In this document: positions 26,960 to 35,606 of the stretch, piece after piece | Position numbering within the stretch: position 1 is the first letter of the stretch | Layout: each line of letters starts with the position of its first letter | Source of the DNA: Chthoniobacterales bacterium | GTDB lineage: Bacteria; Verrucomicrobiota; Verrucomicrobiia; Chthoniobacterales; Chthoniobacteraceae | Direction of reading: 5' to 3' | NCBI GenBank assembly: GCA_038207335.1 | Contig: JBBQZX010000025.1 | Span: 1-64,000, forward strand | DNA: 64,000 bases | Made by a program: the position numbers and the translations under genes | The notes under the pieces: generated by a model | Databases searched by the model: none | Seen by the model: only the letters and a program-made list of their open reading frames with translations | Told to the model about the DNA's origin: nothing

Positions 26960-27163
26960 TTGACCGCACGCGAGGCGGAAGTGCTTCATTGGATGACCGA
27001 AGCCGAGAGCAACGGAGACATCGCCAAAATCCTCGGCATCAGCATCCGCACCGCTGAAAAACACGCGGAGCGGATCTTCGCCAAGGTCGGCGCGGAGAGC
27101 GGGCAAGCCGCGCTTTTGCACGTGGCTTGCCTTTCCACGGGAGTGGCACTACGGCATCGATGA
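26960..27163 (+). pseudogene. Truncated LuxR-family HTH regulator (C-terminal HTH only)
   Basis: LGLTAREAEVLHWMTEAESNGDIAKILGISIRTAEKH. An in-frame TAG lies about 20 codons upstream; no sensor domain. Confidence 0.65.
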
Positions 27164-27296
27164 AAGGATGCGCTGAGAACGCTCGCCGTAGCCTTTACCG
27201 AAGCCGCCCGGCGATCGAGGCTCACGACGCGCGTCTCTGCGAGAACGAAGCCGTGGGGTTCCGAAGTTTAACTGCCGTTGGAAACTCAGATCTAGC

Positions 27297-29012
27297 CTAG
27301 TGGTCTTCCGCGGTCATGCGGAGGACTTCTTCGAGGGTGGTGATGCCTTGGCGCGCTTTGTCGATGCCGACCATGCGGAGGGTTCTCATGCCTTCGGCGA
27401 CGGCTTGGTTTTTGATGACGGCGGCGCTGGCTCGTTTGACGATGAGGCGGCGAATGGCTTCGGAGATGGGGAGCACCTCGATGATGGCGGCACGGCCGAT
27501 GTAGCCGCGTTTTTTGCACCGCTCGCAGCCGACGCCGTGGTAGAAGACGGCGCTTTCGTCATGCTCCATCTCGAGTTTTTCGAGAAGTTCGGCTTCGGGG
27601 ACGAATTCGTCGCGGCAGTTCGGGCAGATGCGGCGGACGAGACGCTGGGCGCAGGTGAGGAGGATGGAGGAGGAGATGAGGAAAGGCTCGATGCCCATAT
27701 CATCCAGCCGGGTGATGGCGCCGGCCGCGTCATTCGTGTGGAGGGTGGAGAGAACTTGGTGGCCGGTGAGTGCGGCTTTGACGGCGATGTCTGCGGTTTC
27801 GTTGTCGCGAATCTCGCCGACCATGACGATGTCTGGATCCTGCCGGAGGATGGAGCGAAGGGCGTCGGCAAAGCCGAGGCCAATGTCGGCTTTGACGGCG
27901 ACTTGGTTGATGCCCTGGAGCTGGTATTCGATGGGGTCCTCAACGGTGACGATGTTGTACTCGGGGCTGTTGAGCTCGCTGAGGACGGAGTAAAGGGTGG
28001 TGGTCTTGCCGGAGCCGGTGGGGCCGGTGACGAGGATCATGCCGTGGGGGGCATCGACGGCTTTTTTGAAGGTGCCGAGGGTGTAGTCGTCCATGCCGAG
28101 CTGGTCGATGCTGCCGCTGAGTGCGCCTTTATCGAGGAGTCGGATGACGATTTTCTCGCCGTGAATGGTGGGCAGGATGGAGATACGGAGATCGACCTCT
28201 TTTCCCGAGACGCGGATGCGGAAGCGGCCGTCCTGCGGGAGGCGACGCTCTGCGATGTCGAGGCCGGCGAGGATTTTGATGCGCGATGCGATGGGCATCT
28301 GGAGGGCCTTGGGGGGACTGCTTGCTTCGATGAGGTTACCATCGACGCGATACCGCAGCTTGAGCATTTTCTCAAAGGGCTCGATGTGAATGTCGGAGGC
28401 TTTTTCCTTGAGCGCTTGGACTAGGATGAGGTTGACGATCTTGACGACAGGGGCGTCTTCGCTTTCGACTGCGAGGCGGTCGAGGTCGATTTCTTCGCGG
28501 TTGTGTTTGACCTCCTCGACGGTGTCGGCGACCTGCTGCGCGGCGCTGCGCAGGACCATATCCATCTGACTGCTGGAGGAGCCGACGCCGCTGAGGGCCT
28601 CCATGACACTTCGCTCGGTCGTGATCATGGGGATGATCTCGAGCTTTGTGCGCTGACGGAGGTCGTCGAGGGCGAGGACGTTCAGCGGGTCCGCCATCGC
28701 CACGAAGAGCTTGTTCCCGAGGCGACAGACGGGAGCGAGCTTGTAGGCGCGCGCCATGTCTTTGGGGACGAGCTCGATGACTTCTTCGGGGATCCGAAGT
28801 TTGGAGAGATTGATCGGCGGCGTATCGAGGCAGCGGCCCATGGAGATAACCATGTCCTGCTCGGTGACGTACTGCTTGTCGGTGAGCAGCTTGAGAAGCC
28901 GTCCACCTTGCTTTTTCTGAATTTCGACGGCTTCGGCGAGTTGAGCCGGGAGAAGGAGGCCGTCTTCGATCAGAACGTCGGCGATGCGTTCGCCAAAAGA
29001 TTTAATGCTCAT
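27297..29012 (-). CDS. pilB: Type IV pilus assembly / T2SS GspE-PilB family ATPase
   Basis: ASDIHIEP, LDIAERRLPQDG, GPTGSGKTTT, LRQDPD, STLHTN, CPNC...CERC Zn motif; MshEN-like N-terminus. Confidence 0.9.
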   Translation of the reverse strand: MSIKSFGERIADVLIEDGLLLPAQLAEAVEIQKKQGGRLLKLLTDKQYVTEQDMVISMGRCLDTPPINLSKLRIPEEVIELVPKDMARAYKLAPVCRLGNKLFVAMADPLNVLALDDLRQRTKLEIIPMITTERSVMEALSGVGSSSSQMDMVLRSAAQQVADTVEEVKHNREEIDLDRLAVESEDAPVVKIVNLILVQALKEKASDIHIEPFEKMLKLRYRVDGNLIEASSPPKALQMPIASRIKILAGLDIAERRLPQDGRFRIRVSGKEVDLRISILPTIHGEKIVIRLLDKGALSGSIDQLGMDDYTLGTFKKAVDAPHGMILVTGPTGSGKTTTLYSVLSELNSPEYNIVTVEDPIEYQLQGINQVAVKADIGLGFADALRSILRQDPDIVMVGEIRDNETADIAVKAALTGHQVLSTLHTNDAAGAITRLDDMGIEPFLISSSILLTCAQRLVRRICPNCRDEFVPEAELLEKLEMEHDESAVFYHGVGCERCKKRGYIGRAAIIEVLPISEAIRRLIVKRASAAVIKNQAVAEGMRTLRMVGIDKARQGITTLEEVLRMTAEDH

Positions 29013-30031
29013 TTTTCTGCGAGGCGGAGACCGCTGGAGCTAGACCCAGTGCTTTCCAGTGAATCGGACGGGAGACTAATGCGGAAAGTCTCGGCGAGAG
29101 CGCGGACGACGGCGCGCGGGCTGGCAAGGTGCCACTGGATGTTATAGTCGAGCATTTGCTGGACTGCGTCCTTGCCACGCGAGTCGAAGGGATTCGCGGT
29201 GGCGATCATAATGGTGCGGCTGATGACGTCGAATGGAACGATGAGGCGGCTGAACATGATGGCCTCGGGGAGCATTTTGACGACCTGTCGATCGACCTCG
29301 TAGTATTCGAGAGGGATGTAGGCGAATTTCGAGCGGTCGAGCATGCCCGAGAGGAGCGTCTCGAGATCGACGGAGCCAAGGCGCACAAGTTCATCGAGGA
29401 GCGAGGCGGCGAATGTGCCTTCCGCGAGTCCGCGATTGTGACGCTGCACGCGGTCGCGGGCAGAGATGACTTGAGTTTCGTCGGCAAGCTTGTGCTGGAT
29501 GAGAAATTTGGCGAGCGACTCGCTGCCGTCCTCGGTGAGGGAGGCCAGGAGGTCCTCGACTCGGGCGGGGCCGCTCGAACGCCGGGAATCGTGGCGGAGG
29601 GTCTGGGCCGTGGTGATGAGCGTGCCGCCGTCGCCAGCGACCTCGGTGGCTGCGGAGAAGCCCTGAAAGTCGAGATTAATGGCGATGGGGACTTCACCGT
29701 TGGGCGTACGGACCACGCCGGCCTTTTTCATGCGCTCCTCGACTTCGCCGAGGGAAGCCATCACCTCGGGATTGTCGGGATCATGCTCCAGGACGCTCTC
29801 GAACTCGAGGACTGCCGAGGAGAAATGCCCGAGCTCCATGTAGGTCTCGCCCAGCCGCCGGGAGGTGGAGAGCATCTTGTCCATCTGGCCGAGGCGAAAG
29901 AAGGCGTCCTTCAGGATTTCCATCGACTGGCTGTCATTGGGATTTGCCTGCACGATGACCTCGAACATCTCGATGGTCTGGATGAGCTGCTCCTGCTCTT
30001 CCTTGGGCAGGGTCGATGGGCTGGAATTCAT
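29009..30031 (-). CDS. TPR plus GspE/PilB N-terminal-like domain protein, no ATPase domain
   Basis: N-terminal TPR-like helices; C-terminal VVKMLPEAIMFSRLIVPFD...IMIATANPFD resembles the PilB N-domain; overlaps the pilB start. Confidence 0.65.
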   Translation of the reverse strand: MNSSPSTLPKEEQEQLIQTIEMFEVIVQANPNDSQSMEILKDAFFRLGQMDKMLSTSRRLGETYMELGHFSSAVLEFESVLEHDPDNPEVMASLGEVEERMKKAGVVRTPNGEVPIAINLDFQGFSAATEVAGDGGTLITTAQTLRHDSRRSSGPARVEDLLASLTEDGSESLAKFLIQHKLADETQVISARDRVQRHNRGLAEGTFAASLLDELVRLGSVDLETLLSGMLDRSKFAYIPLEYYEVDRQVVKMLPEAIMFSRLIVPFDVISRTIMIATANPFDSRGKDAVQQMLDYNIQWHLASPRAVVRALAETFRISLPSDSLESTGSSSSGLRLAEK

Positions 30032-30048
30032 GGGCTGGAGAAAGGGTT

Positions 30049-30064
30049 AGCCAATCTCGTGCCC
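30049..30064 (-). promoter_or_regulatory. Possible sigma-54 (-24/-12) promoter of the pilB operon
   Basis: Minus strand GGGCACGAGATTGGCT has GG-N10-GC spacing, with two mismatches to TGGCACGnnnnTTGCW. Confidence 0.3.
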
Positions 30065-30321
30065 ACAGGGGGTAGTTCCTGAAATTGAGAGGGAATTTTT
30101 CCACGCGAACGCAACGAATCGGGCTGAGAAAATAATTGCACCAAGTGAGCCGCACACCTATATCCGGCGCGTGAAATTTCTGCATCGGTGGCAAATCTGA
30201 CGGGCTCGGGCCTGCTCTCGCGAGCGGCCCGGTCGTCGCCACCCGTGCGCCGAATCAACGCCCGATGCCCCCCGCTGGAGCATCGGGCTTTTTCTTTCCA
30301 CCGCTCCCTCACCTTCAACCC

Positions 30322-30702
30322 ATGACTCCGACTTTAAAATACAACTCCGACGGCCTCATCCCCGCGATCGTGCAGGACGCGACGACCGGACGCGTGCTGA
30401 TGATGGCGTGGATGAACGAAAGCTCGCTGCAATCGACGCTGGAAAGCGGGCTGATGCACTACTGGAGCCGCTCGCGGCAAAAATACTGGCTCAAAGGTGA
30501 GACGAGCGGACACACACAGCGGGTCGTGCGCTGGTCGTCGGACTGCGATGCGGACACGCTTCTCTTTGAAGTCGAGCAGCACGGCGGTGCCTGTCACACC
30601 GGCTTCGAGAGCTGTTTCTTCCAGACATATCTGCCCGACGGCACGCCGCTGCCGATCGCCGAGGAAAAAATCTTCGACCCCGAGAAAACTTACGCCGGAT
30701 GA
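30322..30702 (+). CDS. hisI: Phosphoribosyl-AMP cyclohydrolase
   Basis: [23 protein letters not shown]...[22 protein letters not shown]. Confidence 0.95.
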   Translation: MTPTLKYNSDGLIPAIVQDATTGRVLMMAWMNESSLQSTLESGLMHYWSRSRQKYWLKGETSGHTQRVVRWSSDCDADTLLFEVEQHGGACHTGFESCFFQTYLPDGTPLPIAEEKIFDPEKTYAG

Positions 30703-32207
30703 ACGCACCTATTCCTATCAAGCCGAGCCTCGCGGAATTCCGCGAACTCGCACAGCAGGGCAATTTGATCCCGGTTCACACAGAGTTGATTGCCGATGCC
30801 GAGATGCCCGTGTCGGCGTTTCAGAAAGTCGAGCACGGCAGCTTTTCGTTCCTGTTCGAGTCGGTGGAAAAGAGCGATCAGGCAGGCCGCTACTCTTTCG
30901 TCGGCACCGCCCCACGCGTCACGTTCGAGACCCGCGGACGCACCATTCGCATCACCGAAAACGGATCGGTGCGCGAATTCGAGACCGCGACCGATCCGCT
31001 TTACGAGCTGGAAACGCTTATGCAGCGTTACCGTTATGTCCCCTCGCCCGCGCTCGCCGATGCGCGCTTTGCCGGCGGCGCCGTCGGCTATCTCGGCTAC
31101 GATGTCGTTCGCTTTTTCGAGCCAACGATTCCCGCCGCGCCACCGGATCATCTCAAGCTACCAGAGAGCTTTTTCTTCCTCGCAGAAACGCTGATCATTT
31201 TCGACCACCGCACGCGGCGACTGCGCATCGTCTCGAATGCCTTTGTCGAAGCCGACGCGGACGACGCCTATGCCGCTGCGGTCGCGCAAATCGAAATGGT
31301 GGTCGCGAAGCTCGTACAACCTGCGCATCTACCCGCCATTTTTGCGAATCGAGATCTCAGCGAGCGCGATAATTATTCGTTTCACGGAAACACGGAGCCC
31401 GCTGAATACCAACAGATGGTCCGCGAAGGTCAGGAGTTCATCCGCGCGGGCGACGTATTCCAGTTCGTCCCGTCACAGCGATTTCAGACCGACTACACCG
31501 GCGATCCGCTCACGCTCTACCGCACGCTGCGTTACGTGAATCCGTCGCCCTACATGTTCTGCCTGAAGTTTGCCGGCTTCGCGCTCGTCGGCAGTTCGCC
31601 TGAAGTCCACGTCCGTTCCATCAATGGCCGCATCGACATTCGCCCCATTGCCGGCACCCGCCGCCGCGGAGCCGACGACGCCGCGGACGAAGCGAACGCC
31701 GAGGAGCTTCTCGCCGATCCGAAAGAACGCGCCGAGCATCTCATGCTCGTCGATCTCGCGCGCAACGACGTCGGTCGCGCGGCGGAGTTCGGCAGCGTGA
31801 AAGTCAGCGACTTCATGACGATCGAGAAATACAGCCACGTCATGCACATCGTCTCCAACGTCCACGGCACCTTGCGCCCCGACCGCACGGCTTACGACGT
31901 GATGCGCGCGACCTTCCCCGCCGGCACCGTGAGCGGCTCGCCGAAAGTGCGCGCGATGCAAATCATCAACCAACTCGAAAAGAGCAAACGCGGCGTCTAC
32001 GCCGGTGCTGTCGGCTACTTCGGCTTCGACGGAAACAGCGACTCGTGCATCGCGCTGCGCACTGTCGTTTTGAAAGACGGACAAGCCTACGTCCAGGCAG
32101 GTGCTGGAATCGTCGCCGACTCCGTCCCTGCTTCCGAAGATCAGGAATGCCGCAACAAAGCCATGGCCATGATGGACGCCATCGCCCTCGCCAAACAAAT
32201 CCGCTAA
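30699..32207 (+). CDS. trpE: Anthranilate synthase component I
   Basis: FLFESVE...[53 protein letters not shown]. Confidence 0.95.
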   Translation: MNAPIPIKPSLAEFRELAQQGNLIPVHTELIADAEMPVSAFQKVEHGSFSFLFESVEKSDQAGRYSFVGTAPRVTFETRGRTIRITENGSVREFETATDPLYELETLMQRYRYVPSPALADARFAGGAVGYLGYDVVRFFEPTIPAAPPDHLKLPESFFFLAETLIIFDHRTRRLRIVSNAFVEADADDAYAAAVAQIEMVVAKLVQPAHLPAIFANRDLSERDNYSFHGNTEPAEYQQMVREGQEFIRAGDVFQFVPSQRFQTDYTGDPLTLYRTLRYVNPSPYMFCLKFAGFALVGSSPEVHVRSINGRIDIRPIAGTRRRGADDAADEANAEELLADPKERAEHLMLVDLARNDVGRAAEFGSVKVSDFMTIEKYSHVMHIVSNVHGTLRPDRTAYDVMRATFPAGTVSGSPKVRAMQIINQLEKSKRGVYAGAVGYFGFDGNSDSCIALRTVVLKDGQAYVQAGAGIVADSVPASEDQECRNKAMAMMDAIALAKQIR

Positions 32208-32216
32208 CCCGCCGCC

Positions 32217-32780
32217 ATGCTCCTCGTCATCGATAACTACGACTCGTTCACCTACAATCTCGTCCAGTATTTCGGCGAGCTTGGCGCGGAGCTTTTGGTG
32301 AAAAGGAACGACGAAATCACACTCGACGAAATCGCCACGCTAAAGCCCGAGCGCATCGTCATCTCACCCGGGCCATGCACGCCAAATGAAGCCGGCATCA
32401 GCAACGACGTGATCCGTCGTTTCGGCGCGACTACACCCCTTCTCGGCGTCTGCCTCGGGCATCAGTGCATCGGACAGGTCTTCGGCGGCGAAGTCGTCCG
32501 CGCGGGCCGTCTCATGCACGGCAAAACCTCACCCATTCAGCACCGCGGAGAAGGCGTCTTCGCAGGCCTGCCGAGTCCCTTCGAGGCCACTCGCTACCAC
32601 TCGCTCCTCGTCAGCCGCGAGAGTTTCCCCGACGCCCTTGCCATCACCGCCGAGACTGCGGAAGGCGAAATCATGGGCTTGCGTCACAAAGAAATGCCAA
32701 TCCACGGCGTGCAATTTCACCCTGAGTCCATCCTCACCCTCGAAGGCAAACGCCTCCTGCAAAACTTCCTCCGTCTGTAG
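32217..32780 (+). CDS. trpG: Anthranilate/aminodeoxychorismate synthase component II (glutamine amidotransferase)
   Basis: [36 protein letters not shown]. Confidence 0.95.
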   Translation: MLLVIDNYDSFTYNLVQYFGELGAELLVKRNDEITLDEIATLKPERIVISPGPCTPNEAGISNDVIRRFGATTPLLGVCLGHQCIGQVFGGEVVRAGRLMHGKTSPIQHRGEGVFAGLPSPFEATRYHSLLVSRESFPDALAITAETAEGEIMGLRHKEMPIHGVQFHPESILTLEGKRLLQNFLRL

Positions 32781-32782
32781 CG

Positions 32783-33400
32783 TCAGAGTCCGCCCGCCTG
32801 CGCCAGCACCGCGACTCGATCGGCCACCACGCGCACCTCCACCGGCGCGCCCATCTCGCGCTCCATGCTCGTCATCTCCACCCCGACGATACCGCACGGC
32901 GTGATGTGTGAAAATGGCGCAAGATCGCCGCAGACATTCAGCGCGAAGCCGTGCATCGAAATCCAGCGCCGCACCCCCACCCCGATCGAAGCGATTTTCC
33001 GCTCGCCGACCCAGACACCCGTGAACCCCTCGCGCCGCAAGCCGGCAACTCCAAAACTATCCATCGCCTCGATCAAGAGCCCTTCCAACCGCCGCATGTA
33101 GCGGTGCAAATCCTGCCCACGCGACCGCAAATCCAAAATCGGATACCCCACCAACTGCCCCGGCCCATGATAAGTCCCCTGCCCGCCCCGGCTGATCTCC
33201 ACGAGCGGATGCGGCAGCGCCGCCACATCCCCGAGGCTCGTCCGGTCCGGTCCCCGCCCGATCGTGTAAACCGGCTCGTGCTCCAGCAGCAACAGCTCTT
33301 CGTCCGCCCCCGGCTCCGCGATTTTCCGAGCCACTAACTCCTCCTGGAGTCCGAGCGCAGACTCGTACAGAACGCGACCGAGCCAACGGACATTCAGCAT
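32783..33400 (-). CDS. lipB: Lipoyl(octanoyl) transferase
   Basis: LLEHEPVYTIGR, RGGQGTYHGPGQLVGYP, KIASIG, HGFALN, ITPCG. Confidence 0.95.
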   Translation of the reverse strand: MLNVRWLGRVLYESALGLQEELVARKIAEPGADEELLLLEHEPVYTIGRGPDRTSLGDVAALPHPLVEISRGGQGTYHGPGQLVGYPILDLRSRGQDLHRYMRRLEGLLIEAMDSFGVAGLRREGFTGVWVGERKIASIGVGVRRWISMHGFALNVCGDLAPFSHITPCGIVGVEMTSMEREMGAPVEVRVVADRVAVLAQAGGL

Positions 33401-33453
33401 AAAATTCCGACCATCGAGGAAATGAAATGCCGCATGAAGCGACCATCTTCACC

Positions 33454-33474
33454 TCCTAAATCCTAAATCCTAAA
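33454..33474. repeat. Heptamer tandem repeat (TCCTAAA)x3 between lipB and ruvC
   Basis: tcctaaa tcctaaa tcctaaa, read directly from the sequence. Confidence 0.8.
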
Positions 33475-33476
33475 CT

Positions 33477-33980
33477 CTAAATTCGCTGCATTTCTCCAAT
33501 CCCGCGCGCCGCCGTCTCTGCCGTTTGAAAATGTGTGATCCCGATTGCCAGCGCATCTGCCGCATCCGCCGCCGGCGTTTCCGTGAGCCCGAGTAGCGCA
33601 CGCACCATGAAGCCGACCTGCGCCTTGTCCGCTCCGCCGCGTCCGACCACGGACTGCTTCACTCGCCGCGGCGCGTATTCATAAATCGGCAACCCGCGCC
33701 CCGCCGCCGCGAGCAGCGCCGCCCCGCGCGCCGTCCCGAGCGTGATCGCCGTCTTGTAGCTCTGCACAAAAATCACCGCCTCGAAAGCCGCACACTCCGG
33801 CTCATATTCACGAAGCACCTCACTCACACGCTCGTGAATCGCCACGAGACAACCCGAAGGCAAAAGCTGCGCATGATTCTTGATCGTCCCATACGTCAGC
33901 GCGCGAATCTTCCCGCCCACTTTTTCCAGAACCGCATAGCCAGTTCCGCGGAGTGAAGGGTCAATCGCTACGATGCGCAT
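33477..33980 (-). CDS. ruvC: Holliday junction resolvase RuvC
   Basis: IVAIDPSLRGTGY, FE, ARG, EYAPRRVKQSVVGRGGADKAQV, DAADALAIG. Confidence 0.95.
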   Translation of the reverse strand: MRIVAIDPSLRGTGYAVLEKVGGKIRALTYGTIKNHAQLLPSGCLVAIHERVSEVLREYEPECAAFEAVIFVQSYKTAITLGTARGAALLAAAGRGLPIYEYAPRRVKQSVVGRGGADKAQVGFMVRALLGLTETPAADAADALAIGITHFQTAETAARGIGEMQRI

Positions 33981-34030
33981 TTCCGCGACCGTATGCGCTC
34001 GGAGTGAAAGTGGGAAGTTCGCGAGAAAGG

Positions 34031-34306
34031 CTACTCTCCCGCCTCCATCAAGTCATCCAGCACATCCAGCATTGTCGGCGTGCAGGCCGACTCCGGGAGG
34101 TGCATCACCTCCGATCCGTGCTGGATTTTGTAGCTCTGCCGATCCGGCTGTCCCGGTTCCTGCACGCCCTTGAGCGCAGCGGCCGCGCGCAACACCTCAT
34201 CGAGCCCAGCCATCACTTTCGGATCCAGCGCATCCATATCCACCGACGCGTGGGTGCGGATGTTCGCGAAGCCGCCGGAGCGTTCGATGTGAAGCATATT
34301 ACCCAT
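34031..34306 (-). CDS. Emfourin-like protealysin inhibitor
   Basis: IERSGGFA N-terminus and PDRQSYKI motif; small gene immediately downstream of a protealysin-like protease. Confidence 0.8.
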   Translation of the reverse strand: MGNMLHIERSGGFANIRTHASVDMDALDPKVMAGLDEVLRAAAALKGVQEPGQPDRQSYKIQHGSEVMHLPESACTPTMLDVLDDLMEAGE

Positions 34307-34335
34307 CTTTTCGACTAGAAAAGCAGATAGAAGGA

Positions 34336-34400
34336 CGCTCGCAAAGCCGCAAAGGCGCGATCGACTCTCCGATCTTTGAACCTTCGCGTCTTTGCGAGCG
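34336..34400. repeat. Intergenic inverted repeat (REP-like hairpin)
   Basis: Left arm cgctcgcaaagccgcaaagg; reverse complement of the right arm is cgctcgcaaagacgcgaagg (18/20 match); 25-nt loop. Confidence 0.75.
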
Positions 34401-34408
34401 AAACTCCT

Positions 34409-35527
34409 TCAGACAACGATGCCCACAAGATTCCACGCACGGCGAGTGAAGAGCAGTTCCATACTGCCCGCGCCGTAAAGCGTGCGCGCGCTCTCCAGCG
34501 TCTTGTCGGCAAAGTCCGCAAAGGTCGCCTGCGGCTTGTGCAGCTTTTGCAGCGCGTCGTACCAGATCGCGCCTGCCTTTTCCCAAGCCCGTCCGCCGAG
34601 ATACTGGGCCAGCAGGTAGAAGCAATGGTTCGGAATTCCAGAGTTCGTGTGCACCCCGCCATTGTCATCTGGCGAAGAGATATAACCCCGCATGTGGTAT
34701 GGCTGCGGATCGACTCCCAGCATCGGGTCATCGTAAGCCGTGCCCGGAGCGCGCATCGACCGAATCGCCTGCCCACGGATGCCTGGCGCAAGTATTCCCT
34801 CGCCCACGAGCCACGTCGCCTGATGCGCCTCCTGCCCCTTCTTGTATTGCTCCACGAGCACGCCGAAGACATCGGCTAGGTGTTCGTTCAAAGCTCCTGC
34901 CTGATTTTGATACACCAACCCGCCGGAAAACTGCACCACACCATGAGTCAACTCATGCCCGATGACCGACAAAGAAAGCGTGAAGCGATTGAAAATCGTC
35001 CCATCGCCATCGCCATACGCCATCTGATTCCCGTCCCAATAGGCGTTGTCGAACTTTCGCCGAAGATGCACGCTCGAGTTGATCTTCAATCCCAGTCCGT
35101 CGATGGAGTTGCGATTGAAAACATCGAGGTAGAATCGAAACGTGTCGCCTGCCCCGTCATAGGCTTCATCCACAGCGACGTCGCCCGTCGGCTTGCCACC
35201 TTCTTTTCGTACTGAAGTCCCCGGCAAAGTCGCGCGGTTCTTCGCGTCGAAGACTTCGCGATTCGGCACCGACTTCCGCGGCGCTGCCGGTGGCGCGGCG
35301 AGCACGCCTGCGAGCGGAGCGGCAGCCATCGCCTCCATCCGCTCTTCGCGATAGGCATGGGCATTCGCCTGCATTTCCGCGGCCATCGCTTTGACCTTCT
35401 TGTCACCGCGGAGTTTCATCGACTCCACCATATAAGGCGGAATGATGCATTGAATGGCCGACCGCCCGCCGAAGCAGCACGAACAGCCAAGCCGATGGAG
35501 ATTTGAAGTAAATGTTCTAGCTTTCAT
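34409..35527 (-). CDS. Protealysin-like M4 metalloprotease
   Basis: Short propeptide CIIPPYM, NAYWDG..M.YGDGDG, HELTH, GALNEH.AD, DNGGVHTNSGIPN. Confidence 0.93.
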   Translation of the reverse strand: MKARTFTSNLHRLGCSCCFGGRSAIQCIIPPYMVESMKLRGDKKVKAMAAEMQANAHAYREERMEAMAAAPLAGVLAAPPAAPRKSVPNREVFDAKNRATLPGTSVRKEGGKPTGDVAVDEAYDGAGDTFRFYLDVFNRNSIDGLGLKINSSVHLRRKFDNAYWDGNQMAYGDGDGTIFNRFTLSLSVIGHELTHGVVQFSGGLVYQNQAGALNEHLADVFGVLVEQYKKGQEAHQATWLVGEGILAPGIRGQAIRSMRAPGTAYDDPMLGVDPQPYHMRGYISSPDDNGGVHTNSGIPNHCFYLLAQYLGGRAWEKAGAIWYDALQKLHKPQATFADFADKTLESARTLYGAGSMELLFTRRAWNLVGIVV

Positions 35528-35606
35528 TTTGATGTGTTTGTTGAGTCGTGGTTACTAGCATTCTGTTTCTGTGTCTTGATTTGGTTCTTTTGCATCACGG
35601 TGATCT

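Noticed and set aside
26472..26969. 165-aa minus-strand ORF at the island edge
   Set aside because: No recognisable motif; it overlaps the att-like core and the end of the LolA-like gene, so it is treated as debris.
32011..32026. cggctacttcggc inside trpE, matching part of the comM core
   Set aside because: It encodes the conserved GYFG of TrpE, the match is short, and the flanks do not match.
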